A stretch of 64,000 nt of DNA. Origin: Alphaproteobacteria bacterium (GTDB lineage Bacteria > Pseudomonadota > Alphaproteobacteria > GCA-2731375). Below the pieces are notes generated by a model that saw only the letters and a program-made list of their open reading frames with translations, did no database searches and had not been told where the DNA came from. This document shows, piece after piece, positions 37,820 through 48,105 of the stretch. Numbering within the stretch: the stretch's first letter is position 1; each line of letters begins with the position of its first letter. Where the stretch lies: the NCBI GenBank assembly GCA_965232515.1, contig CBDDPY010000002.1, positions 5,280,001 through 5,344,000 on the forward strand, given 5' to 3'. The position numbers were made by a program, and so were the translations under genes.

Positions 37820-39010
37820 ATGTTGTCACGGCGCCAGATCCTGATGACGGCCGCCTATGGCGGCACGTTGCTGACCGCATTGCCCTTGAACGCGGCCATC
37901 GCACCGGCGCCGACCGACCGGCGTCTGGTTGTCATCAACCTGCGCGGCGGCGTGGATGGCCTGGCGCTGGTGCCGGCGATCGGCGATCCGGCTTTCGAAG
38001 CCCTGCGCCGCGAGCTGTCGCCGCTGACCGACGACATCGTCGCGCTCGACGGCTATTTCGGCCTGCACGAAAAGCTGGCGCCGCTCGGCGCCTTCTGGCG
38101 CGAAAAGCAACTGGCGGTCGTTCACGCGGCCGCGACCGCGCACCGGGGCCGCTCCCACTTCGACGCCCAGGACGAACTCGAGACCGGGCTCGACCGCCCC
38201 GGCGCGACGACGGCCGGTTGGCTGAACCGCGCGCTCGGCTATTTCGACGTGGCCGCGCCGCGTCTCGGCCTGGCGGTCGGCTATGACAAGCCGCGGATCC
38301 TGTTGGGGCCCGTGCCGGTCGCGACCTGGGCGCCACGTCGACTGCCGGCCGCCGACGGCCAGTTCCTCGACAAGCTGTTGCAGGTCAGCCGGCACGACGC
38401 CGCGCTCGGCCAGGCGCTCGCCGACGGCATGGCGTTCGCCGCGGCGAACGATGAACGGCTGGGCGAGGACGCGCGCGTCGCCGGTCCGGCCAGCGGCGGC
38501 CGCGCCAGGATCAGGCAGTTGGCGCGGGCCGCCGGCAAACTGCTCTCGGCCGAGGCGGGCGGGCGCATCGCCGCCCTCGACATCGGCGGCTGGGACACGC
38601 ACGGTTTCCAGCATATCGCCCTGTCCTATCGCATGCCGTACCTCGCGGACGCGGTTCTGGCGCTGCGCGACGGCCTGGGCGATGCCTGGCGGCAATCGCT
38701 GATCCTGGTGGTCACGGAATTCGGCCGCACCGCCGGACCGAACGGCACGCAAGGCACCGACCACGGCACCGCCAGCGCGGCGTTGTTGATCGGCGGCGCC
38801 GTCGAGGGCGGCCGGATCGTCGCCGACTGGCCGGGGCTGCGCATCGACGATCTCCATGACGGTCGCGACCTGCGTCCGACCATGGATCTGCGTGCGCTGT
38901 TCAAGACCGTCCTGACGGCGCATCTCGGCATCGACCTGGCCTATGTCGATCGCCGTGTCTTTCCCGACCATGCCGGTATCCGGCCGCTCGACGGACTGGT
39001 GCGGACTTAA
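37820..39010 (+). CDS. DUF1501 family protein (Tat-like signal)
   Basis: SRRQIL, LRGG.DGL, RSHFDAQ, GGWDTH, TEFGRT and GTDHG. Confidence 0.92.
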   Translation: MLSRRQILMTAAYGGTLLTALPLNAAIAPAPTDRRLVVINLRGGVDGLALVPAIGDPAFEALRRELSPLTDDIVALDGYFGLHEKLAPLGAFWREKQLAVVHAAATAHRGRSHFDAQDELETGLDRPGATTAGWLNRALGYFDVAAPRLGLAVGYDKPRILLGPVPVATWAPRRLPAADGQFLDKLLQVSRHDAALGQALADGMAFAAANDERLGEDARVAGPASGGRARIRQLARAAGKLLSAEAGGRIAALDIGGWDTHGFQHIALSYRMPYLADAVLALRDGLGDAWRQSLILVVTEFGRTAGPNGTQGTDHGTASAALLIGGAVEGGRIVADWPGLRIDDLHDGRDLRPTMDLRALFKTVLTAHLGIDLAYVDRRVFPDHAGIRPLDGLVRT

Positions 39011-39090
39011 GCATACGGCCCACAGCTGCATATTTTTCTCGCCGCGCGGGCGGCGTTGCCGGGCTAGACTGTGCGGCGACGGAGGCATGT

Positions 39091-40200
39091 GTGACGCGGA
39101 ACCTGATCATTCTCCCGGGCGAGGGCATCGGACCCGAGGTGATCCGCCAGGCTCGGCGCGTTATCGAATGGCTCGACGAGTATCGTGGGCTCGATATCGC
39201 TGTGCGCGAGGAAGCTTACGGGGTGGAGGCCTATCGCCGCCATGGCAGCGTCATCGCCGACGAGGTGCGGGCCGATCTGGCGACCGTCGACGCGGTGCTG
39301 TTCGGCGCCACCGGCGGCCCGGAATTCGAGGAAATCCCGCTCGAGGTGCGCCGCGCCGGCAGCCTGCTGGCGATCCGCCGCGAGATGCAGGTCTTCGCCA
39401 ATCTGCGGCCGATCGTCGGCTATGCCGAGCTGGCTGACGCGTCCGCATTGAAGGCCGACGTGGTCGCCGGCGTCGACCTGATCGTCGTGCGCGAGCTGAA
39501 CGGCGGCCTCTATTTCGGCGAGCCGCGCGGCATCGAGGATCTGCCCGAGGGCGGTCAACGCGGTTTCAACACGCTGACCTACGCGACCTGGGAGATCGAG
39601 CGCATCGCCAGGGCCGCGTTCGCGCTGGCGCAGGGCCGCGACGGCCGGCTCTGCTCGGTCGACAAGTCGAACGTGCTCGAGACCGGCCGGCTCTGGCGCG
39701 AGGTCGTGACGCGCGTCGGCGCCGAGGAATTTCCGGACGTCCGGCTCAGCCATATCCTGGTCGACAACTGCGCCATGCAGCTTGCGCGCGAGCCAAAGCA
39801 GTTCGACGTGCTGTTGGCCGACAACATGTTCGGCGACATCCTGTCCGACATTGGCGGCGCCGTCTCCGGCTCGCTCGGGATGCTGCCGTCGGCCTCGCTG
39901 GCGGCGCCCGACGCCGACGGCCGCCGCGCTGCGCTTTACGAACCGGTGCACGGCAGCGCGCCCGACATCGCCGGCCAGGGCATCGCCAATCCGCTGGGCG
40001 CTGTTCTGAGCGTCGCACTGATGCTGCGGCACTCGTTGGATCGCGAGGATGACGCGGCGCTGCTGGAACGGGCCGTGCGCAGGGCGCTGGGCAAGGGTGC
40101 GCGCACGCCCGATATCCGCGCGCCGAATCGGCCGGCCTTGTCGACCGAGGGTATGGGCGATGCGGTCGTCGCGGCGCTGGCGGAGGTCGCCTCGGGCTGA
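39091..40200 (+). CDS. leuB: 3-isopropylmalate dehydrogenase
   Basis: GEGIGPEV, NLRP, RELNGGLYFGEPRG, DKSNVL, NMFGDILSD and EPVHGSAPDIAG. Confidence 0.88.
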   Translation: MTRNLIILPGEGIGPEVIRQARRVIEWLDEYRGLDIAVREEAYGVEAYRRHGSVIADEVRADLATVDAVLFGATGGPEFEEIPLEVRRAGSLLAIRREMQVFANLRPIVGYAELADASALKADVVAGVDLIVVRELNGGLYFGEPRGIEDLPEGGQRGFNTLTYATWEIERIARAAFALAQGRDGRLCSVDKSNVLETGRLWREVVTRVGAEEFPDVRLSHILVDNCAMQLAREPKQFDVLLADNMFGDILSDIGGAVSGSLGMLPSASLAAPDADGRRAALYEPVHGSAPDIAGQGIANPLGAVLSVALMLRHSLDREDDAALLERAVRRALGKGARTPDIRAPNRPALSTEGMGDAVVAALAEVASG

Positions 40201-40227
40201 TCGCGCCACGCGGAATCGGAGGAGACG

Positions 40228-41397
40228 TTGATGGACTACCGCGTGATTTCCGCCGACTGCCACGTCGATCTGATCTGGCTGCCGCCCGATCTCTTCACCG
40301 CCAACGCCACGGCGGCCATGAAGGACCGTATGCCGTTTGTGACCGACGGCGAGAAGGGGCCGGTCTGGGTCTCCCGTAACGGCGCCTATTTCGGCTTGCA
40401 GAACGGCATGGGCTCGGCCGGCCGCGAATACGTGCCCGGCCAGATCCATCGCTCGGACCGCATGGCCGAGCAGGGCCTTTATAACGACGGCAAAAAGGGC
40501 ATCCGGCGGCTCACCGATCCCGATCTCAGGATCAAGGACCAGGATCTCGACGGCATCCAGGCCGAGGTGCTCTACGGCATCCTCGGCGCGGCGCAACGCC
40601 TTGACGACCCGCCGGCCGCCGTCGAGATGATGCGGATCTACAACGAATGGCTGGCCGACTTCTGCGCCACCCACCCCGAGCGTTTCGCCGGCATCGCCTC
40701 GATCCCGGGCGACGACATGGACGCGGCCGTCGCCGAGATCGAGCGGGTCGCCAAGCGCGGCGTCGTGCGCGGGCTCGAAGTGCCCCTGCAGGCCGACATG
40801 GCGCCGCTCTACGACGAGCGCTGGCGGCCGCTCTGGCAAGCTGCGAACGCCACCGGCCTGCCCGTGCATTTCCACACGATCGGCGGCAAGCGGCCGAACC
40901 TCGAGGCCATGGAGCCGTTGCAGGCGCGCCGGGCCTTCGCGGTCTACATCACCGGCTTTCAACTCAACATGGCGTCCAAGCTGATGGAGGTCGTTTATGG
41001 CGGCGTGCTGGAAGCCTGTCCCGACCTCAAGGTCGTGATCGGCGAGAGCGGCATCGGCTGGATCCCTTACGTGCTCGAGCACATGGATCTGGAATGGGAA
41101 GATCAGTTCAAGGACCTGACGCTGACCATGAAGCCGTCGGACTACTGGCGCCGGCAATGCCTCGCCACCTATCAGAGCGATCCCGTCGGCATTCGGCTGA
41201 TCGACATCCTGGGCGAGGACAACGTCATGTGGGGTTCGGACTTTCCGCATCCCGACGGCGTTTGGCCCGACAGCCAGGACTTCATCGCGCGCGAGCTCGG
41301 CGGCGTGTCGCCCGCGATCCGGCGCAAGATCGTCTGTGACAACGCCGCCCGCCTCTATGGCTTTCGGACCGCCGCCGCCGATCGGTTGACCGCCTAA
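40228..41397 (+). CDS. Amidohydrolase family protein
   Basis: ISADCH, PVHFH, ESGIGWIP and WGSDFPH. Confidence 0.9.
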   Translation: MMDYRVISADCHVDLIWLPPDLFTANATAAMKDRMPFVTDGEKGPVWVSRNGAYFGLQNGMGSAGREYVPGQIHRSDRMAEQGLYNDGKKGIRRLTDPDLRIKDQDLDGIQAEVLYGILGAAQRLDDPPAAVEMMRIYNEWLADFCATHPERFAGIASIPGDDMDAAVAEIERVAKRGVVRGLEVPLQADMAPLYDERWRPLWQAANATGLPVHFHTIGGKRPNLEAMEPLQARRAFAVYITGFQLNMASKLMEVVYGGVLEACPDLKVVIGESGIGWIPYVLEHMDLEWEDQFKDLTLTMKPSDYWRRQCLATYQSDPVGIRLIDILGEDNVMWGSDFPHPDGVWPDSQDFIARELGGVSPAIRRKIVCDNAARLYGFRTAAADRLTA

Positions 41398-41613
41398 AAC
41401 GGCTCTCTGTTGCCTTCGACGGCCGGCGCTGTGACGCGCCGACAGATCCTTGCCCGCGTTTGAACGCGCCATTGCCCTCGCCGATCGCCAATCTTCAAAC
41501 ATGGTTTAGGAGTTCTTAACCACTCCAGGCGACGATGATTCGTTTCTTAAGCGTAGCGAATCAATTTGGGGGGAAGAGGCGATGAGGACCTAGCGGAATG
41601 ATCGGAGCAAGTA

Positions 41614-42360
41614 ATGGGCATTGAACGCATGTCGGTTTTTTCGGGCGCAACGGGCGCTGTTGACTATGCCGGATTTTCCGGCGGCGCCTCGGATAAGTCC
41701 GATCAGTCCGCGACGGCGGCGTCATTGCTCGGCGATGCCCAGAAATTCTTGCTGCTGCTCCAGTTCATCGTCGTCAACCTGCCCGCGTTCGCGCTGCTCG
41801 CGGCGGCCTATCTGCAGGGCTGGATCGATGTCGTCATCGCCGCCGACGGCACCGGCCTCAGTGTCGGCATCTTCCTGGTGTTTCTGGGCGGCCTGGCGAT
41901 CTGCGCGCAGAAAATCTGGGCCGTCAGCGCCGAGTTGAACAACGTCGACCTCGCTCAGCCCAATCCGCTGTCCTGGGCGGCCCGCTATCTCGGCGAGGTC
42001 GCGAACCGCGAAGCCGGCAGCCGCGCCATTTCCGCTTCCGCCCTGCGCGTCAAGGTCTTCAACCGTATCGCCGTCGTCCGCCACGTCGCCAACAGCCTGG
42101 TGCTGCTTGGCCTGATCGGCACCGTGCTCGGCTTCATCATCGCGCTGTCCGGCGTCGACCCGTCGGTCGCCGGCAACGTCCAGGCCATCGCGCCGATGGT
42201 CACCGGCCTGATCGAGGGCATGTCGGTGGCGCTCTACACCACACTCGTCGGCGCCGTGCTGAACCTTTGGCTGATGGTGAACTACCACATGCTGGCCGGC
42301 GGCGCCGTCAAGCTGGTGACCCGCCTGATCGCGATCGGGGAAGCCAATGCACGGCATTGA
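41614..42360 (+). CDS. MotA/TolQ/ExbB proton-channel family protein
   Basis: LLGLIGTVLGFI and GMSVALYTTLVG. Confidence 0.85.
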   Translation: MGIERMSVFSGATGAVDYAGFSGGASDKSDQSATAASLLGDAQKFLLLLQFIVVNLPAFALLAAAYLQGWIDVVIAADGTGLSVGIFLVFLGGLAICAQKIWAVSAELNNVDLAQPNPLSWAARYLGEVANREAGSRAISASALRVKVFNRIAVVRHVANSLVLLGLIGTVLGFIIALSGVDPSVAGNVQAIAPMVTGLIEGMSVALYTTLVGAVLNLWLMVNYHMLAGGAVKLVTRLIAIGEANARH

Positions 42361-42949
42361 TTTCGCCGAGGATGCCAACGACGACAGCACGGTCTTCCGC
42401 GATGTCATCATGCTGGCGCTGCTCGGCTTCGTCACCATCGTCATCCTGCTGCTGCCGCATATAAATCCGCCGACCGTCGCCGAGGCGACCACCGATCCGC
42501 CCGGCAATGTGCTGGTCGAGGTGCGCTGGCCGGACGAGTTCGACAGCGATGTCGACCTCTGGGTGCAGGCGCCGGGCGACCTGCCGGTCGGCTATTCCAA
42601 TACCGGCGGCGACGTCTTCAACCTGCTGCGCGACGATCTCGGCCACAGCAAGGACGTCACCAACGTCAACTACGAGGTCGCCTACAGCCGCGGTACGCCG
42701 GCCGGCGAATACACGGTCAACCTGCATCTCTACCGCAACAATGCCGGCCGCTTTCCGATTCCCGTCACCGTCCAGGTCAGCCTGAAGAACCGCAAGAAGG
42801 GCCCGCCGGCCAAGATCGCGCTCGAACAGGTCGAGATGCGGCGGATCGGCGAGGAGCAGACCATCGTGCGGTTCTCGCTCGACGACGAGGGCAATCTCGT
42901 GCCGGGCAGCGTCCATCATCTGCCGCGGGGCCTGCGCACGTCACGCTAG
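42347..42949 (+). CDS. Single-TM partner protein (ExbD/TolR-position subunit) with a beta-rich periplasmic domain
   Basis: Asp-bearing TM FRDVIMLALLGFV; DVDLWVQAP, DDLG and GEYTVNLHLY. Confidence 0.65.
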   Translation: MHGIDFAEDANDDSTVFRDVIMLALLGFVTIVILLLPHINPPTVAEATTDPPGNVLVEVRWPDEFDSDVDLWVQAPGDLPVGYSNTGGDVFNLLRDDLGHSKDVTNVNYEVAYSRGTPAGEYTVNLHLYRNNAGRFPIPVTVQVSLKNRKKGPPAKIALEQVEMRRIGEEQTIVRFSLDDEGNLVPGSVHHLPRGLRTSR

Positions 42950-42981
42950 TCCGCGGCACGGCCAGATCCGGATAGAACGCC

Positions 42982-43461
42982 ATGGATAGCCAGATCTACC
43001 TGTTCGCCATCATGGTCCTGGTCGCGGCCGGTCTCGCCGGCATCACCATATGGTCGCGACGGCGCATCGCGGTCAAGCTGGTGGCCATCGGCCTGGCCGC
43101 GATCCTGATGGCGGCGTCCTATGTCAGCCTGGTCGAGCTGCTCGGCCGGCCCAAGCCGGTGGTCCTGGAATGGACGCAAGCCCATGTCGATCAGGCCGAG
43201 GTCCTGGCCGCCCGCCTGCACGAGGGCGAGGCGATCTACGTCTGGCTGCAGTTCCCGGACAACCCGCAGCCGCGCGCCTATGCCATGCCGTGGGACAAGG
43301 AGCAGGCCGAGGAACTGCAGCAGGCCCGCCGCAAGGCCGAGGCCGAGGGCGCGGCCTTGCAGATGCGCAATCCCTTCGTCGGCACCCGCGACCCGAACGA
43401 GCCGCTGTTCCACCCCGAGCCGCCGAAAGCCCTGCCGCCAAAGACCGCGTCCACGAACTAG
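42982..43461 (+). CDS. Hypothetical membrane protein (2 TM, Pro-rich C-terminus)
   Basis: Third gene of the apparent operon. Confidence 0.65.
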   Translation: MDSQIYLFAIMVLVAAGLAGITIWSRRRIAVKLVAIGLAAILMAASYVSLVELLGRPKPVVLEWTQAHVDQAEVLAARLHEGEAIYVWLQFPDNPQPRAYAMPWDKEQAEELQQARRKAEAEGAALQMRNPFVGTRDPNEPLFHPEPPKALPPKTASTN

Positions 43462-43489
43462 CGCCGGCGTCCGGGCTCTCCGAGCCGAC

Positions 43490-44893
43490 CTAGAACCGCA
43501 CCACTGCCGAGACCGAGACGATGTCGACGTTGCTGTCGTAGCTGCCGCTGAGGTCGCCGCGGGCGAGATTGCCCTGGTCGGACGCCCGCAGATTGGTCGA
43601 CACGTCAGGCAGGAACAGATGCGTGTAGGCCGCGCTCAGGCTCAGCCAGTCCTTCACCTGATAACCGGCGCCGATCGAGATCCAGTAGCGGTCGGCCTCG
43701 GGGATGCGCGGCGTGCGCCGTTCGGCGTCTTTCACGGTGCCTTCGTCGAAGGCGATGCCGCCGCGCAAGGTCAGCGCCTCGGTCGGCCGGTAGGTGGCGC
43801 CCAGCGACAAGAACCAGGAGTCCTTCCAACTCTCGTCCGTGAAGCTCGGATCGTCGGCCGGATTGTCGAACTCGATGATCAGCGCGTCGAAGGCGCTCCA
43901 GCGCGTCCAGGCCGCCTCCGCCATCACCGACCACTGGTCGTTGATGTCGTGGTGGACACCGAACGAGAACGATTCCGGCGCCTCGAAGTCGGCCTTGACG
44001 CCGCCGTCGGCGAACTGGCCGGTCGCGGCGTTCAGCACGCTGCCGACATTGCCCAAATCGAAATCGACATCGTCGTCTTCCAGCGTGTGCTCGATGCGCG
44101 ACCGGTAGGCGATACCGAAGCGGGTCGCGTCGGAAAGCTCGTACAGCATGCCGAGATTGAAGCCGAAGCCGACATCGTGGCCGCGCAGCACCACCCGGCC
44201 GTCCTGCTGCACGTTGCCCGGCGACGGCGTGATGCCGGCGCCCGCCAGCACGGCGGCCAGGGTCGGCGAGCTCGCGGCGCCGAGCGCGGCGATGGTACCG
44301 AAGTCGACGGCGTTCGACAGCTTCACGTCGATATACTGGATCTGTGCGCCGACGCCGATCGACACGCCGTCGGCGACCTCATAGGCGGCGGCCGGGTTGA
44401 TGTTCACGGTGGTCGCGCGGGAATCGAGGGCATGATAGCGCCCGGCCCAGTCATCCTCGTAGTGCGTTTTCAAGCCGAACGGCGCGTTGACGCCGAGGCC
44501 GAGGTGCAGATCGTAGCGCGTCGCCCAGGTCAGATAGAGCGACGGCACGAAGGCGTCCTTGCCGATATCGCCGCCGCCGTCGTCGCCGGAGATCGGCGTG
44601 CCCAGCACGGTCGAGGCGCCTTCCAGATCGAACGTGGCCTTGGGAACGATCAGCGACAGCGACGTCGCCGCCTGCTTTCCCTCGTGCCGCGTCAGCCCGG
44701 CCGGATTGAAGAACATGTAGGAGATGTCGTCGGCGCCGGCCGTGGCGCCGGCAAAGGCGTTGCCTTGCGCCGTCGCCGACTGTTCCTTCAGCGCGAAACC
44801 GGCCGCGAACGCGGCCGGCGCGACAGCAAGCATCGCCAATCCTGCGGTCAGTGCAACCGCCGCTGACCGTGCTTCACCCATGGAACCGAGCAT
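43490..44893 (-). CDS. fadL: OmpP1/FadL/TodX outer-membrane transporter
   Basis: AGFALKEQS...GNAFAG, NPAGL, PFGL, RTPRIP and terminal Phe. Confidence 0.88.
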   Translation of the reverse strand: MLGSMGEARSAAVALTAGLAMLAVAPAAFAAGFALKEQSATAQGNAFAGATAGADDISYMFFNPAGLTRHEGKQAATSLSLIVPKATFDLEGASTVLGTPISGDDGGGDIGKDAFVPSLYLTWATRYDLHLGLGVNAPFGLKTHYEDDWAGRYHALDSRATTVNINPAAAYEVADGVSIGVGAQIQYIDVKLSNAVDFGTIAALGAASSPTLAAVLAGAGITPSPGNVQQDGRVVLRGHDVGFGFNLGMLYELSDATRFGIAYRSRIEHTLEDDDVDFDLGNVGSVLNAATGQFADGGVKADFEAPESFSFGVHHDINDQWSVMAEAAWTRWSAFDALIIEFDNPADDPSFTDESWKDSWFLSLGATYRPTEALTLRGGIAFDEGTVKDAERRTPRIPEADRYWISIGAGYQVKDWLSLSAAYTHLFLPDVSTNLRASDQGNLARGDLSGSYDSNVDIVSVSAVVRF

Positions 44894-45154
44894 GTGCTTT
44901 CCCCAGTTATTGTCCCCATCGCTCCCCCAACTCCGCGCCGGCGTAAACCCGCGGTAACGACACTGTCGTCGTTCTTTCACAATCCTGGGTGGTTGGTATA
45001 GTCCGGTCGGGCTGACGACCGTTCAAATTCTCGTGCGATATCCGACAGTCGCGGCCGCCGGACCGTTCCGGTTCCGCGCATCGGTCCGTCATGTTAGCTT
45101 CGCGGAAAAGCCCGAGACGCCGGCTATTCGACCGGCGCCGTGGGCGCGTAATTT

Positions 45155-46348
45155 GTGCAAGGGGCCCTCGACGTGGCGCTTTCCGGTATCCGTATCATCG
45201 ATCTCACGCGCATTCTGGCCGGGCCGTTCTGCTCCATGCTGCTGGCGGACATGGGCGCCGACGTGATCAAGGTCGAGTCACCCGGCAAGGGCGACCCGGT
45301 GCGCGGTCAGGGAGCCAAGAAAGACGGCCTCAGCTGGTACTACGCCCAGTTCAATCGCAACAAGAAGTCGATCACGCTCGACCTCTATACCGACGACGGC
45401 CGCGACGTGCTCGCCGATCTGCTGCGCGGCGCCGACGTCCTGATCGAGAACTACCGGCCCGGCGTGCTGGACAGGATGGGTTTCGACGAGGCCCGCCTGC
45501 GCGACCTAAACCCCGACCTGATCGTCACCAGCGTCAACGGCTATGGCAGCACGGGGCCTTATGTCGACCGGCCGTCCTTCGATTTCATTGCCCAGGCCAT
45601 GAGCGGTTTCATGAGCGTGAACGGCACCGCCGAGGGCGGCCCGCTCAGATCGGGACCGCCGATGAGCGATCTGGTCGCCGGCCTTTATGCCGCCTTCGGT
45701 ACGGCCTGTGCGCTCGCCGGTCGCGGCCGTGCCGGCGGGCAACGGGTGGAAGCGAGCCTCACCAACGGCCTGATCAGCATGCTGGCCTATCTCAGCGCCG
45801 ATTATTTCATCACCGGCCAGCCGCCGGCGCGCACCGGCAACGATCATCCCATCGTCGCGCCCTACGGGCTGTTCCACGCATCCGACGGCGATGTCGCCGT
45901 CGCGCCCAGCAACGACGCGTTCGTGCGCCGCTTCCTCGAGATGCTGGATCTCGAGCATCTGCTGGACGATCCGGATTTCGCCAGCAACGACCGGCGCATG
46001 GCGAACCGGGATCGCATCCATGCGCTGGTAAACGAGAAGATCGGCGGGCAGACCGTCGATCACTGGATCGAGGTGCTCAATAAGGCCGGCGTGCCCTGCG
46101 GCCGGGCGATGGGCCTGGACGAGGTGTTCGAAGATCCGCAGGTGCTGGCCCAGGACATGGTGATGGACGTGCCGCATCCGGGCCACGGCAATGTGCGGAT
46201 GACCGGCTTTCCGGTCAAGCTGAGCGGCACGCCCTGCCAGGTACGGCTGCCGGCGCCGGCGTTGGGCGCGCATACGGACGAGGTGTTGCGGGCGCTCGGC
46301 TACGTCGACGACCGCATCGCCGAATTGCGGCGGCAGGGAACGATCTAA
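45155..46348 (+). CDS. CaiB/BaiF family III CoA transferase
   Basis: LAGPFC, GADVIKVE, NRNKKSITLDL, ENYRPG and LGAHT. Confidence 0.93.
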   Translation: MQGALDVALSGIRIIDLTRILAGPFCSMLLADMGADVIKVESPGKGDPVRGQGAKKDGLSWYYAQFNRNKKSITLDLYTDDGRDVLADLLRGADVLIENYRPGVLDRMGFDEARLRDLNPDLIVTSVNGYGSTGPYVDRPSFDFIAQAMSGFMSVNGTAEGGPLRSGPPMSDLVAGLYAAFGTACALAGRGRAGGQRVEASLTNGLISMLAYLSADYFITGQPPARTGNDHPIVAPYGLFHASDGDVAVAPSNDAFVRRFLEMLDLEHLLDDPDFASNDRRMANRDRIHALVNEKIGGQTVDHWIEVLNKAGVPCGRAMGLDEVFEDPQVLAQDMVMDVPHPGHGNVRMTGFPVKLSGTPCQVRLPAPALGAHTDEVLRALGYVDDRIAELRRQGTI

Positions 46349-46352
46349 TCCG

Positions 46353-47945
46353 CTAGCCGCGTCGCGCTTCCAGCGGCGCGCGGGCGCCGCCGACCTGGGT
46401 CAGGGCGTAGCTGGGATCGTCGACCGTCGACAGGTCCACGACGCCGGATTCCTCGATGCCGAATTCGTTGCGCACCCGGTGCGCCGGCAGCACGACGGTC
46501 ACCGACGTGCCGTGACCGTACTCGCTGTCGACGCTGATCGTGCCGTCGTGGCGCTCGACGAAGTTCCGGCACAGGGCCAGCCCGAGCCCGGTGCCCTGCT
46601 GGTCCTTCCGCGTATCCGACGGGCCGGCCTGGACATAAGCGACGAAGATGCGCGACAGGTCCTCGCGTTTGATCCCGATGCCGGTGTCGCTGACGCGCAG
46701 CGCGAAATCACCCTCGTCGGTCAGTCCGCACTCGACCCGGACTTCGCCCTGGGCCGGGGTGAACTTGATGGCGTTCGAAATCAGGTTCAGCGCGATCTGC
46801 GAGATCATTCGGTCATCGGCATAGAGCAGCGTGCCGCGCGGCATCATGTCGTCGAGCTGCAGCCGGACATTGCCATGCTCGGCCTGGGCCTGCATCGAGC
46901 CGACCGCGTTCTCGATGGTCTCGGAGACATCGAATGTGGCTTCGTACAGCTCCAGACGGCCGGCCTCGGCCTTCGACAGGTCCAGCAGTTCGTTGATCAG
47001 GTTCAGCAGGTGCGCACCCGATCGGTGAATGAAGTCGACATACTCCACATACTTCAAATTGCCGACGGGCCCCAATGCCTCGGTCTGCATCATTTCCGCG
47101 AAACCCAGGATCGAGTTCAGCGGCGTGCGCAGTTCGTGGCTCATGTTGGCCAGGAACTGCGACTTCATCTCGTTCGCCTGCTCGGCTTGCTGCTTGGCCA
47201 GTTGCAATGCCTGCTCGGCTTCCTTGCGGGCGCTGATATCGCGCAGGGTCGCGAGATAGGCCGGCGCGTCTTCCCAGACGGTCCGCATGACCCGCATTTC
47301 GGCCGTCGTGCGCTGGCCGTCGTTCCGCATCAGGTTGATCTCGGTATTGTCGCCGCCTTCCAGGGGAATACCGAACCGGCTGCCGATCAGATGCACGATC
47401 GGCCGCTGCATCAGTTGTCCGGCGACATCGTTCGCGAAGCGGATGACCCCGTCTTCGTCGATCACCAGCATGGCGTCGGAGTTGCTGGCGATCAGGCTCT
47501 GGAACTGCTCCTTGACCGCCACGGCGTTGCGGCGCTCCCGGATCAGCTGGGTCGCCATGCCGTGACGCTCGACCGCCTGACGCAGGGTCCGCATCAGCGC
47601 CCGGCCGTCCAGCGTGCCCTTGACGACATATTCGACCGCGCCGGCGCGGATTGCCGCTTCGGCCGTCTCGGCGTCCTCGACGTCGGTCAGCACGATCAGC
47701 GGCGCGTCGGCGCTGCCGTGCAGCGCGGCGATGTCGCTGGCCAGGTCGGTCGCGTCGGCGATGAAGGGGTCGAGCAGAACGATGTCGACCTGATAGCGGG
47801 ACAGTATATCCACGGCCGACGAAATAGACACGACATGGAACAGCTCGTACGAACAGGGCCCGAACCTTGAAAAGCTGTTCCGGATCGTCTGCGCCGAATC
47901 CCGATTGGGATCGATCAGCAGAACGGTCAACGCAACGCGATGCAT
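46353..47945 (-). CDS. Hybrid sensor histidine kinase (REC-PAS-HisKA-HATPase)
   Basis: SHELRTPL, NLISNAIKF, DTGIG and GTGLGL; the N-terminal REC has an atypical acidic pocket. Confidence 0.9.
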   Translation of the reverse strand: MHRVALTVLLIDPNRDSAQTIRNSFSRFGPCSYELFHVVSISSAVDILSRYQVDIVLLDPFIADATDLASDIAALHGSADAPLIVLTDVEDAETAEAAIRAGAVEYVVKGTLDGRALMRTLRQAVERHGMATQLIRERRNAVAVKEQFQSLIASNSDAMLVIDEDGVIRFANDVAGQLMQRPIVHLIGSRFGIPLEGGDNTEINLMRNDGQRTTAEMRVMRTVWEDAPAYLATLRDISARKEAEQALQLAKQQAEQANEMKSQFLANMSHELRTPLNSILGFAEMMQTEALGPVGNLKYVEYVDFIHRSGAHLLNLINELLDLSKAEAGRLELYEATFDVSETIENAVGSMQAQAEHGNVRLQLDDMMPRGTLLYADDRMISQIALNLISNAIKFTPAQGEVRVECGLTDEGDFALRVSDTGIGIKREDLSRIFVAYVQAGPSDTRKDQQGTGLGLALCRNFVERHDGTISVDSEYGHGTSVTVVLPAHRVRNEFGIEESGVVDLSTVDDPSYALTQVGGARAPLEARRG

Positions 47946-48105
47946 TTTCCTTAACCTTTAACGACCGGCATCGATGTGAATATTGGCCGTCAATTGGTAA
48001 ACATGCCGTAAACCATGTTCAGCAACGGCTAATTAACCATAGCGGGGAAAAGGAAGAGGGTATTTCGTCTTTGCTGATCGGGCCCGGATCGACGCGGACT
48101 TAGGT

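Noticed and set aside
41614-43461. Zorya (ZorAB) defence system
   Set aside because: No long ZorA cytoplasmic tail, no OmpA-like ZorB domain and no zorC/D/E; host-like context.
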